DNA of 64,000 nt from a virus. Location: the IMG/VR virus record IMGVR_UViG_3300022602_000037, one strand, 5' to 3'. Shown in pieces: positions 27,689-36,812 of this stretch (the first letter of the stretch is position 1; the number at the start of each line of letters is the position of its first letter). The position numbers and the translations under genes were made by a program. Under the pieces are notes generated by a model. That model worked only from the letters and a program-made list of their open reading frames with translations, searched no databases and was not told the DNA's origin.

Positions 27689-30184
27689 ATGAACTTAAGA
27701 GACTTAATGAACAAACTGGATACTATTGCAGAAGCAGATGATGCTAGAGCACAGTATGATAAATTCAAAGCAGATGATGCTAAGGCAGGAGCCATTGCAC
27801 AAGTTAAAAAAATGCTGTCACCTAACGGTATGCAAAACTTCATCGATCCTAAAGATGGTATTGTTAAATGGCAGGAACAAATGAACGGAGAATCCGGAGG
27901 TCCTGGTAGTATTAGAGAATTTCCATTTGACTGGTATAAGAAAGGACAAAATGCTGATTTTTTCAATATTCTAAAAACAGCAGGGTTGGAACTAGTTCCG
28001 GTTGATAGAAAAAATTTGTTTGGTACAAGTCAAGTAGTAGGTATTAAAGGTGGTCCACAAGCATTAGCTGATTTAGGTAAACCAAAACCACCAACAGACG
28101 GCGGTGGCGGTAAACCTACAGCAGGTGCATCTACACTTACCGCAGATGCCGCGGCACTAGAAGCATTGACAAATCAATTAGATGCATTGCTAGGCGCAGG
28201 GGGCGGTGGTAAACCAGACGTTAAACCTCCTGTAACACATTTACCTCCAAATCCTCCACCAAATTGGAATCCTCCAATCAATCCTAAAACTAAAAAGCCG
28301 TTCAGTTGGGGTGAGTTTGCGGCCGCAGTAGCTGCCGGAGCTATGCCAGGTGCAATGGTAGGTGGACTACCAGGTGCTGCCATAACCGGTACTGCCGGTG
28401 GAGCAGTTGATGCATATCATCAGCTACATAACGAAAGTATTGCTAAGACACTAGCAGAGAGTTTTGGGTATCAACTAGACGACAAACAATTGAATGAAGC
28501 AGACATTAACCCATTCAATGGATTGAGTGGAATAGGAGGCCTAGGAGGTTCTCGTCCTACATCAACCATGCGAGTAGGAGGAACAAACTGGACTGCTACA
28601 GCTCATGATCCTAACTTATTCAGCAACGGACAAGGCGCTACCAAGACCTATCAAGATCTAGCTAAAGGCGGAGATGTCGCAACCCATACAGCAGGCGATG
28701 TAGAAAAAATTGCCGCTAAAACAGCAATACCAATTGAAAAAGATATCGGAACAGCTACAGCTAAAACTGTTGCTAAAACAGGCGCTAAAGATGTTATTAA
28801 GAAATTAATCCCCGGTGTTGGTCTAGTAGTTGGTACTATCGATGCTATCAAACGTGCTCAAGAAGGTGACTGGAAAGGTGCCGCAATGGCTGGTGCAAGT
28901 GGTCTATTAAGTTTAGTACCCGGTGTTGGAACAGCCGCTAGTTTAGGACTAGATGCCGCTAACATATATCGTGACTACAAAGCTGGAAAGTTTGGTGGTG
29001 GCGATGCCGGTGGATCTGGTGGTGCTCCTGGAGGTACAACCGGCGGTGATCAAAAGCTACAACAGCTACAAAAAATTATCGGTGCTAAACCAGATGGCCT
29101 AATGGGCCCAGAAACTAAAGCCAAGTTACAAGCATGGCAACAAAAGAATGGTCTAACACCAGATGGAATGCCTGGTCCACAAACTTATGGCAAAGCTGGA
29201 ATCAAAGAGACAACACAAACAGTTGCAGAAGGTATTCGCAATTTACAAGAACGTTTAGCATTAATTGAAACTAAAGCTACAATCAAAGAAAGTATTGCTG
29301 GTCGCCGTTATTTCCTAGATGAAAATTGTTTTATGTTTGACGAAAATGGTGAACAGGTTACAGATCTAGTTACTATTGCCGCTATTAACGAAGCCTACGT
29401 AAACGGTGAGGTTGAAGTAGACGAAGGTATTTGGAGTGACATAGCTTCAGGTGCCGCAAAATACGGCAAAGGTGCATATGATGCCGCTAAAGATTTTGGC
29501 GGTGCATTATTAAAGGGCGGTCGTAATCCAGAAGCGGCTGAACGTTTGGCCAAGTGGTCTGGAGTATCCGGTGCTAAGAAAGCAGGATTAAAAACTGCGG
29601 CAACTATTGCTAAAAATCCAATTAAGTCAGCGGCAGCCGCTACAGCATTAGGTGTAGGCGGTGCGGCCGCATTGGGTGGTAACAGTGGCAATACTCCAGA
29701 TACAACTAATACAGGCAATGGTGGCGGTGGTGTCGGTGGTGGCGGTGGCGGTGGTTCACCAGCCGATGCAACAGATGCAGTAACTCCAAATGCAGGTGCT
29801 GTAGATCCAAAAATTGCAGATTTAGAAAAACAAATCAAAGCATTGATGGCAAAACATGGCGATGACGATCAAGAAGCGCAAAACAGCCCTATTTGGCAAC
29901 AAGCAACATCTCATGCACAAGCTGTAATAGACAAAGCCGATAAAGTTAATCCAGCTCAAACTACAGCAGATCAACAGGCAGCTCAAACAGTTAAACCTGG
30001 ATCAGAAACACCAACAGCATCTACTACAACAGGCGCTGGAGGTGCTGGTAGTCCATCCGGTACTACTGGAGTAGTTCCTAAAAAAGGACCACCAGATTTA
30101 GATGGTAAATCACAGATTCCCGGTGTCAAAAACGAAGACTCTAGTGCAGAATTAGCTCGTTGGTTACAAATCGCTCGCGGTTAA
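27689..30184 (+). CDS. Large putative ejection/internal protein with peptidoglycan-binding domain and Gly/Ala-rich hydrophobic segments
   Basis: MNLRDLMNKLDTIAE start. PG_binding_1-like LQKIIGAKPDGLMGPETKAKLQAWQQKNGLTPDGMPGPQT. Glycine-zipper-like segments (LIPGVGLVVG, SLVPGVGTAASLG). Confidence 0.6.
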   Translation: MNLRDLMNKLDTIAEADDARAQYDKFKADDAKAGAIAQVKKMLSPNGMQNFIDPKDGIVKWQEQMNGESGGPGSIREFPFDWYKKGQNADFFNILKTAGLELVPVDRKNLFGTSQVVGIKGGPQALADLGKPKPPTDGGGGKPTAGASTLTADAAALEALTNQLDALLGAGGGGKPDVKPPVTHLPPNPPPNWNPPINPKTKKPFSWGEFAAAVAAGAMPGAMVGGLPGAAITGTAGGAVDAYHQLHNESIAKTLAESFGYQLDDKQLNEADINPFNGLSGIGGLGGSRPTSTMRVGGTNWTATAHDPNLFSNGQGATKTYQDLAKGGDVATHTAGDVEKIAAKTAIPIEKDIGTATAKTVAKTGAKDVIKKLIPGVGLVVGTIDAIKRAQEGDWKGAAMAGASGLLSLVPGVGTAASLGLDAANIYRDYKAGKFGGGDAGGSGGAPGGTTGGDQKLQQLQKIIGAKPDGLMGPETKAKLQAWQQKNGLTPDGMPGPQTYGKAGIKETTQTVAEGIRNLQERLALIETKATIKESIAGRRYFLDENCFMFDENGEQVTDLVTIAAINEAYVNGEVEVDEGIWSDIASGAAKYGKGAYDAAKDFGGALLKGGRNPEAAERLAKWSGVSGAKKAGLKTAATIAKNPIKSAAAATALGVGGAAALGGNSGNTPDTTNTGNGGGGVGGGGGGGSPADATDAVTPNAGAVDPKIADLEKQIKALMAKHGDDDQEAQNSPIWQQATSHAQAVIDKADKVNPAQTTADQQAAQTVKPGSETPTASTTTGAGGAGSPSGTTGVVPKKGPPDLDGKSQIPGVKNEDSSAELARWLQIARG

Positions 30185-30187
30185 TTA

Positions 30188-30213
30188 AAATGGCAGATTT
30201 ATTTCTGCCATTT
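30188..30213 (+). terminator. Hairpin, probable terminator
   Basis: AAATGGCAGA-tttatt-TCTGCCATTT after the internal-protein block. Confidence 0.6.
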
Positions 30214-30226
30214 CCACCTCTAAGTG

Positions 30227-30255
30227 TTGCATTTATACGATAAGTAATATATAAT
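30227..30255 (+). promoter_or_regulatory. Sigma70-type promoter (TTGCAT-17-TATAAT)
   Basis: -35 at 30227-30232, -10 at 30250-30255, SD AGGAG before 30280. Confidence 0.6.
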
Positions 30256-30279
30256 AGGCATATACATTAGGAGATTTAC

Positions 30280-30537
30280 ATGAGCGGTCGTTCATATGGT
30301 GCAGAAGAAAAGGCAAAATTAGAAAGATTAATCAGCGAAGGCTCTACAGTACTTCGTGAAATTGAAGATTTACAAGAAGGCTTAAAAGAAACTGTTAAAG
30401 CAGTTGCAGAAGAATTACAAGTAAAACCAAGCGTTATTAACAAAGCAATTAAAATCGCACACAAAGGCGATTGGCAGGCTTATAACGAAGATTGGGAAGA
30501 AATTGAAGCAATTTTGGATATTACAAAACGTATCTAA
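30280..30537 (+). CDS. dsDNA-binding protein (T4 DsbA / GapR-like)
   Basis: 85-aa helical protein with IEDLQEGLKETVKAVAEELQVKPSVINKAIKIAHK pattern, upstream of the polymerase. Confidence 0.6.
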   Translation: MSGRSYGAEEKAKLERLISEGSTVLREIEDLQEGLKETVKAVAEELQVKPSVINKAIKIAHKGDWQAYNEDWEEIEAILDITKRI

Positions 30538-30550
30538 AGATAGTATAATA

Positions 30551-30604
30551 GAAAGGTTCGCGAGCCATAAATCGCAGAAAGGTATTTGCAAGCCCTAAAT
30601 TGCA
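30551..30604 (+). ncRNA. Candidate tandem cis-regulatory RNA element in the DNA polymerase 5' leader
   Basis: Two units: GAAAGGT-TC-GCGA-GCC-ATAAA-TCGC and GAAAGGT-ATT-TGCAA-GCC-CTAAA-TTGCA, with compensatory stems. Lies between a TATAAT (30544-30549) and the SD. Confidence 0.5.
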
Positions 30605-30619
30605 TGGAGAAAAAAATTT

Positions 30620-33289
30620 ATGTCTTATATAGACGCATGGTTTGACCGCGAGAACGATATCGTTCGAGTAGTTGAACGCAATAAAAAAGGTGATCGCGAA
30701 TTTCGCGATATACCAGTTAAGCACACATTCTATGTAAAAGACCCAAGAGGGAAATTTACGTCAATTTACGGTGATCCACTCACACGTATCGTTTGTAAAA
30801 ACACAAAAGAACTACGCAAAGAACAAGCCATTAACAGTGGCAAAGAAATGTTCGAATCAGACATTAATCCAATCTTTGTAACACTAAGCGAAAACTATCT
30901 AAATCAAGATGCTCCTAAACTAAATGTAGCATTTTTCGATATTGAGGTAGACTTTGATCCAGAGCGTGGTTATGCAAGTCCAGACGATGCGTTTATGCCA
31001 ATTACTGCGATTGCTGTTTACCTACAATGGTTGGAAACTATGGTATGTTTGGCTATTCCTCCTAAAAAACTAAAGATGGCAGAAGCTAAGGAAATGGTCA
31101 AAGACTTTCCTAATACATACTTGTTTGACAATGAAGCCGATTTACTAAACATGTTTTTGGATCTCATACAAGATGCAGATATATTAAGTGGCTGGAATTC
31201 AGAAGGCTTTGATATTCCTTACACTACAAATCGTGTTACAAAAGCATTATCAAAAGAAGATACTAGACGTTTCTGTTTATTTGATCAACTGCCAAAGAAA
31301 CGTGAATACGAAAAATATGGTCGTACTAGTACAACATATGATTATATTGGTCGTGTACACTTAGACTATCTCGAGCTGTATCGCAAATACACATACGAAG
31401 AACGTCACAGTTATCGACTGGATGCTATTGCCGAATATGAATTAGGCAAACGTAAAACACAATACGAAGGTACACTTGACCAGTTATACAACAACGACTT
31501 TAAGACATTTGTTGAATATAACATCAATGACTGCAAACTACTCGACGACCTAGATAAGAAGTTAAAGTTCATGGACTTGACCAATACGTTGGCACATGAA
31601 AACACAGTATTGCTACAGACCACAATGGGTGCTGTAGCTGTAACAGAACAAGCTATTATTAACGAAGCACATCGTAGAGGTTTCCAAGTTCCTAATCGTA
31701 CTAAGATGAGTGAACGTGAAGACAATGAAGGTGCTGCCGGTGCTTATGTTGCATATCCTAAAGAAGGTATTCAAGACTGGGTCGGGTCATTAGATATTAA
31801 TAGTCTATATCCTAGTGCAATTAGAGCACTTAACATGGGTCCAGAAACTATTGTTGGTCAGCTACGTCAAACAATGACTGAAGAATATATCGAACTACAA
31901 ATAGCCAAAGGCAAGAGCTTTGCGGCCGCTTGGGAAGGTAAGTTTGGTACTGATGAATACGAAGCAGTAATGGCACAAGAGATTGGCACAGACATTACTA
32001 TTGACTGGGAAAACGGGGATAGTGATGTACTAAGTGCGGCAGAAGTCTACAGACTTATATTTGAAAGCAATCAGCCTTGGATGCTTTCAAGTAATGGTAC
32101 TATCTTCACCTATGAAAAAGAAGGTATTATTCCAGGGCTACTTAAACGCTGGTATGCAGAACGTAAAGAGATGCAGGCCAAACTAAAGGAGGCTATAAAT
32201 GCTGGAAACAAAATTGAAGAAGAATATTGGGATAAGCGACAGCTGGTTAAGAAAATTAACCTTAACAGTTTGTATGGCGCTATTCTTAACAGCGGTTGTC
32301 GATTCTTTGATAAACGAATCGGACAATCAACAACGTTGGTCGGTCGCCAGATCGCAAAACATATGGCGAGTAAAGTAAATGAAATCATTGCCGGCGAATA
32401 TAATCACATAGGAAAGGCAGTTATATATGGTGACACTGATAGTTGTTATTTTAGTGCTTATCGCACTCTACAGAAGGACATTGAAGCCGGACGTATTCCC
32501 TGGACGAAAGAAACAGTCATCCAACTCTACGACCAAATAGGCGACGAAGTCAACGCTACATTCCCACAGTTTATGCTAGACTATTTCCACTGTCCAAAGA
32601 CACGTGGAGAAGTTATCAAAGCAGGTCGTGAAATTGTTGGATCAAAGAGCTTGTTCATTACCAAGAAACGTTATGCTGTTCTTTACTATGATAAAGAAGG
32701 CAAGCGTACAGATATAGATGGCAAGCCTGGTAAGATCAAGGCCATGGGCTTGGATCTAAAGCGTAGTGACACTCCAGAATTTATTCAAGACTTTTTAAGT
32801 GAAGTTCTTGAAATGGTTCTAATGGGTAAAGATGAACAGGATGTGCTAGATCATATCAGTGCGTTCCGTATCAAATTTAAAGCTCGTCCTGGATGGGAAA
32901 AAGGATCTCCCAAACGTGCTAATAACATTACCGACTATCAAGCTAAAGAAGCTAAAGCAGGTAAAGCTAATATGCCAGGACATGTACGTGCTAGTATTAA
33001 TTGGAACACTTTAAAACGTATGTATGGTGACAAGTATTCCATGGCTATTACAGACGGTGCTAAAGTTATTGTTTGTAAACTTAAACCTAATCCGTTAGGT
33101 TATACATCAGTCGCTTATCCAGTAGACGAACTGAGGTTACCGCAGTGGTTCAAAGATTTACCATTTGATCATGCTGAGATGGAAGCTACCATCATTGATA
33201 AGAAACTGGAGAACTTAATCGGTGTGCTTAAATGGGATATTACCAGCACCGAAGAAAAAAATACATTTAACAGTTTATTTGAGTTTTAA
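30620..33289 (+). CDS. Family B DNA polymerase (T4 gp43-like)
   Basis: Exo motifs FDIEVD, GWNSEGFDIPY, YNINDC. Pol motifs SLDINSLYPS, KINLNSLYG, YGDTDS, KKRYA. C-terminal clamp-binding-like NSLFEF. Confidence 0.96.
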   Translation: MSYIDAWFDRENDIVRVVERNKKGDREFRDIPVKHTFYVKDPRGKFTSIYGDPLTRIVCKNTKELRKEQAINSGKEMFESDINPIFVTLSENYLNQDAPKLNVAFFDIEVDFDPERGYASPDDAFMPITAIAVYLQWLETMVCLAIPPKKLKMAEAKEMVKDFPNTYLFDNEADLLNMFLDLIQDADILSGWNSEGFDIPYTTNRVTKALSKEDTRRFCLFDQLPKKREYEKYGRTSTTYDYIGRVHLDYLELYRKYTYEERHSYRLDAIAEYELGKRKTQYEGTLDQLYNNDFKTFVEYNINDCKLLDDLDKKLKFMDLTNTLAHENTVLLQTTMGAVAVTEQAIINEAHRRGFQVPNRTKMSEREDNEGAAGAYVAYPKEGIQDWVGSLDINSLYPSAIRALNMGPETIVGQLRQTMTEEYIELQIAKGKSFAAAWEGKFGTDEYEAVMAQEIGTDITIDWENGDSDVLSAAEVYRLIFESNQPWMLSSNGTIFTYEKEGIIPGLLKRWYAERKEMQAKLKEAINAGNKIEEEYWDKRQLVKKINLNSLYGAILNSGCRFFDKRIGQSTTLVGRQIAKHMASKVNEIIAGEYNHIGKAVIYGDTDSCYFSAYRTLQKDIEAGRIPWTKETVIQLYDQIGDEVNATFPQFMLDYFHCPKTRGEVIKAGREIVGSKSLFITKKRYAVLYYDKEGKRTDIDGKPGKIKAMGLDLKRSDTPEFIQDFLSEVLEMVLMGKDEQDVLDHISAFRIKFKARPGWEKGSPKRANNITDYQAKEAKAGKANMPGHVRASINWNTLKRMYGDKYSMAITDGAKVIVCKLKPNPLGYTSVAYPVDELRLPQWFKDLPFDHAEMEATIIDKKLENLIGVLKWDITSTEEKNTFNSLFEF

Positions 33290-33290
33290 T

Positions 33291-34064
33291 ATGAATATAA
33301 TAATTGCAGGTTACGGATTTGTAGGCAAAGCAGTTGCTAACTCAATAGGTTCAAAGAATATGTTGTATATTGTTGATCCTAAAGTCAGCGAACATAAAAT
33401 AAAAGATTTTCCCTATGCGGAAGCTATTATAATTTGTGTAGGTACTCCTAGTACACAATTAGGTGATTGTGACATTAGTCAAATTACCAGTGTGCTGGAT
33501 GAAACGCCGATACATTTACCAGTGTTAATTAAATCGACTGTGCCACCCGACTATTTAGAAAAGATTCTAAAACAATATCCTCAACATGATATTTGTTACA
33601 GTCCAGAATTTTTACGTGCTGTAAGTGCTAACGAAGATTTTGCCAATCAAAAATATATGGTCATTGGTGGAATAGATCCAGAAGGTATTTGGCAAACAAT
33701 GTTCCAGGAATCTTTACCTAACTGTAAAATATTCTTTAGCACTAGTATTGTAGAAGCTAGTATGATCAAATATGCTACCAATTGTTTTTTAAGCGTTAAG
33801 GTTGCATTTTTTAATCAGATATACGATTTGTGCGAAAAGAATGGTGCAGATTATGGACTAGTTAGACAAGTATTAACTCATGATACTCGTATAGGCAATA
33901 GCCATATGATGGTGCCGGGCCCGGATGGTAGTAGAGGATTTGGTGGTGCGTGTTTCCCCAAGGATACAAATGCATTTATGCACTATTCAGATCGAATGAA
34001 TCAGTCACACACTTTGGTCGAATCGGCCATAAAGTACAACAAAAAGGTTAGGAAAAATCCTTGA
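33291..34064 (+). CDS. UDP-glucose/GDP-mannose dehydrogenase family protein (lacks C-terminal domain)
   Basis: Start ATG 33291. GYGFVG, CVGTP, KSTVPP, SPEFLR, KYATNCF, GFGGACFPKD. Confidence 0.85.
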   Translation: MNIIIAGYGFVGKAVANSIGSKNMLYIVDPKVSEHKIKDFPYAEAIIICVGTPSTQLGDCDISQITSVLDETPIHLPVLIKSTVPPDYLEKILKQYPQHDICYSPEFLRAVSANEDFANQKYMVIGGIDPEGIWQTMFQESLPNCKIFFSTSIVEASMIKYATNCFLSVKVAFFNQIYDLCEKNGADYGLVRQVLTHDTRIGNSHMMVPGPDGSRGFGGACFPKDTNAFMHYSDRMNQSHTLVESAIKYNKKVRKNP

Positions 34065-34088
34065 CATTGTCTAAAAAACCTATATAAT
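34061..34088 (+). promoter_or_regulatory. Sigma70-type promoter
   Basis: TTGACA 34061-34066 and TATAAT 34083-34088 (16-nt spacer). Confidence 0.55.
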
Positions 34089-34108
34089 AACAAAACATGG
34101 AGAATCAT

Positions 34109-34840
34109 ATGAAAGACTTTTTACAAGACCTAGTAGCACATACACATAGTTTGGGCTTTTTGCCTTTGGTCAAGGTAACTGCATCAGACACTGAAACTAT
34201 TATCGAATCTATGGCAGAAGATCGTTCAGTTATCTTAAATGCCAAGACACATAATCCAGTTGAAGATTTGGAGGGTGTATTTGGTATGCCTAACTTAAAC
34301 AAACTAGACATCCATTTGAAATGTCCAGAATATAAAGAAAATGCCACCATTCGTGTAATTAAACAAGAACGTAACGATGAAACAATCGTCACAGGTTTAC
34401 ATTTTGCCAACAACACAGGTGACTTCGAAAACGACTATCGTTTTATGAGTGTAGAAATTATCAATGACAAACTTAAAACAGTCAAATTCAAAGGTGCTAA
34501 ATGGGATATTGAATTTGTTCCTACAATAGCATCTATTCAAAGATTAAAATTCCAGTCAGCGGCACATACAGAAGAGCCGACATTTCAAGTTACTACAGAC
34601 AACAGTAATTTAGTGTTTAGCTTTGGTGATGCTAGTACACATGCTGGATCGTTTACATTTGCAAGCGGTATTACTGGCAAACTAAAACAAGCATGGTCGT
34701 GGCCTGTTGCTCAAGTACAGAGTATTTTGAATCTTGCAGGCGATATTACAATGAAATTTTCTGATGCAGGCGCATTGAATATTACAGTAGATAGCGGTAT
34801 TGCAGTTTACGACTACATTTTACCAGCACAAAGCAAATAA
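34109..34840 (+). CDS. Probable sliding clamp (gp45/PCNA-like)
   Basis: About 243 aa, alternating beta/helix pattern, C-terminal YDYILPA, near the polymerase, clamp loader present. Start 34109 follows GGAG. Confidence 0.6.
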   Translation: MKDFLQDLVAHTHSLGFLPLVKVTASDTETIIESMAEDRSVILNAKTHNPVEDLEGVFGMPNLNKLDIHLKCPEYKENATIRVIKQERNDETIVTGLHFANNTGDFENDYRFMSVEIINDKLKTVKFKGAKWDIEFVPTIASIQRLKFQSAAHTEEPTFQVTTDNSNLVFSFGDASTHAGSFTFASGITGKLKQAWSWPVAQVQSILNLAGDITMKFSDAGALNITVDSGIAVYDYILPAQSK

Positions 34841-35019
34841 TGACAGAACTTCATAAACGTACAATAGTCAGAGCACTGACTTATAGAATAGTAGCATTGC
34901 TAATCACAGCTATATGGACTGGATTAAGCGATGCTGTAATCATACATAGCATCTTAACTGCTGTGCATTATGTTATGGAAAGAATCTGGTTAAAAATTAA
35001 GTGGGGTCGAATTGAATAA
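34840..35019 (+). CDS. Second DUF2061-like small membrane protein (not in ORF track)
   Basis: 59 aa MTELHKRTIVRALTYRIVALLITAIWTGLSDAVIIHSILTAVHYVMERIWLKIKWGRIE, TAATG-coupled. Confidence 0.65.
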   Translation: MTELHKRTIVRALTYRIVALLITAIWTGLSDAVIIHSILTAVHYVMERIWLKIKWGRIE

Positions 35020-36565
35020 GAACTTAACAGCAACTCAGAACGATTACGCATATTTCCTGCCAGCTACGTCAGGATTTTACAGTACATACATAGGTAAACA
35101 ACGTCACGGCAACTATGTAGATCCTGCTCGCATACCTGCTAGTTTTGGTCCTATGGGTATCGAAGCTATGAACTATCTAGATCCCAATGCGGCATTTTAT
35201 TATGACCATTGTTTGTATTCAGCGGGTCATGCGAATTTAGATTTGAATAAACACGATCCTAGCGAAGACATGTTCCGTAATCGCAACCGTGCTACTAGTT
35301 GGGTGTTAGGTGATTCAGGCGGATTCCAAATTGGTAAAGGCAAGTGGGAAGGTGACTGGAAAAATCCTAACTGCCCTAAGGCACAGAAGAAACGCGAACA
35401 AGTGCTTAAATGGATGGATGCACTTATGGACTATGGCATGTGTTTAGATATACCTGCTTGGGTTGCTCGTAGTCCCGAAGGTGCAAAAGCAACAGGCATT
35501 AGCACTTATGCAGAAGCAGTACAGGCTACATTTATTAACAATGATTATTTTATTAATAATCGCAATGGTAATTGCAAATTCTTAAATGTATTACAAGGTG
35601 AAAATCATACAGATGCCGAAGGATGGTATCAACATATGAAAAAGTATTGCGACCCTAAACAATATACTAATCATTTTAATGGTTGGGCGATGGGTGGACA
35701 GAATATGTGTGACATACATTTGACCTTAAAACGTCTAGTAGCGTTACGATTTGACGGCCTGTTAGAAAAAGGCGAACAAGACTGGATGCACTTCTTGGGT
35801 ACTAGTAAACTTGAATGGGCATTGATTTTAACAGATATACAACGTGCAGTTCGTAAGCATCATAATAGCGACTTTACTATTAGTTTTGACTGTGCTAGTC
35901 CGTTTTTGGCAACTGCTAATGGACAAATTTATGTACAAACAGAAATCAAAGATCGTGAAAAATGGTTGTATCGTATGCTACCTAGTTTAGACAATAAGAA
36001 ATATAAAAATGATAATCGATTATTCCAAGACGTAGTAGTACAAGACAAACATTTTGCTAATTTTGAAACAAGTCCTATCATGGACGGAGTCAAAGTTAAT
36101 GAAATCTGTATATATGGTCCAAACGATCTAAACAAAATTGGTAAGGTGGGCAAAACATCTTGGGATAGTTTTACCTATGCTATCATGATGGGACACAATG
36201 TATGGATGCATATCAATGCCGTACAAGAAGCAAATCGTCAGTATGATGCAGGATTGTGTCCTAGTATGCTTGTACAGGAAAAATTTGATAGACTTTATGC
36301 TAAGGATGTAATTGAAGCTATATTTGCAACAAGTGATCGAGGAACAGCAGACGCTATTGTAGACGAATTTAGTCGTTTTTGGATGGCTATTCCTGGTACT
36401 AGAGGATATACCGGTAAGAAAACTGTAAATCCAACTACAAAATATTTCGAATTGTTTGACGAAGTGGATACAGATAGTGTACAATCAGAAGATGAGCCAG
36501 ACTTCAGTGACGAAGTTTCCGATAAACTAGACGAATTAGAGGCTAGTGTACATGACATTACCTGA
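35012..36565 (+). CDS. dpdA: tRNA-guanine transglycosylase-like protein, DpdA-type (7-deazaguanine DNA insertion)
   Basis: LGDSGGFQIG, CLDIP, VLQG, GWAMGG, HFLG, SFDCASP correspond to TGT/DpdA barrel motifs. folE, queD-like and queE are nearby. Confidence 0.78.
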   Translation: MNKNLTATQNDYAYFLPATSGFYSTYIGKQRHGNYVDPARIPASFGPMGIEAMNYLDPNAAFYYDHCLYSAGHANLDLNKHDPSEDMFRNRNRATSWVLGDSGGFQIGKGKWEGDWKNPNCPKAQKKREQVLKWMDALMDYGMCLDIPAWVARSPEGAKATGISTYAEAVQATFINNDYFINNRNGNCKFLNVLQGENHTDAEGWYQHMKKYCDPKQYTNHFNGWAMGGQNMCDIHLTLKRLVALRFDGLLEKGEQDWMHFLGTSKLEWALILTDIQRAVRKHHNSDFTISFDCASPFLATANGQIYVQTEIKDREKWLYRMLPSLDNKKYKNDNRLFQDVVVQDKHFANFETSPIMDGVKVNEICIYGPNDLNKIGKVGKTSWDSFTYAIMMGHNVWMHINAVQEANRQYDAGLCPSMLVQEKFDRLYAKDVIEAIFATSDRGTADAIVDEFSRFWMAIPGTRGYTGKKTVNPTTKYFELFDEVDTDSVQSEDEPDFSDEVSDKLDELEASVHDIT

Positions 36566-36812
36566 TGAACGATTTAGAAGTATACAACGCACAGAAGAAT
36601 TCTTAACGGATTTAATGAATCCTCAAAAGACTCCACGTATTCCAAAAGAAATACGTGAGCAAGCTCGCTGGTGTTTGCGTCATTACCCTAGTTATCATAA
36701 TCTAAAAGAATTAGAACGTGCGGCACCTAATGTTGTACAAGAACGTATGGAAGATGTTAACCGTATGATAAAATATTGGGAAGAAGGAAAGAAATTTACA
36801 AATGAAAACTAG
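36552..36812 (+). CDS. BPSL0761-like small protein
   Basis: MTLPDERFRS...EFLTDL...PKEIREQARWCLRHYP pattern. Confidence 0.6.
   Translation: MTLPDERFRSIQRTEEFLTDLMNPQKTPRIPKEIREQARWCLRHYPSYHNLKELERAAPNVVQERMEDVNRMIKYWEEGKKFTNEN

Noticed and set aside
30551-30604. Canonical preQ1-I riboswitch (GGTTCGC start, deazaguanine genes nearby)
   Set aside because: Lacks the 5-bp P1 stem and the long A-rich tail ending in CUA typical of preQ1-I; kept only as an unclassified tandem element.
35012-36565. Host-type tRNA-modifying Tgt for queuosine
   Set aside because: Lacks the C-terminal CxCxxC Zn site of bacterial Tgt and sits next to DNA replication genes; DNA-acting DpdA is more plausible though not proven.
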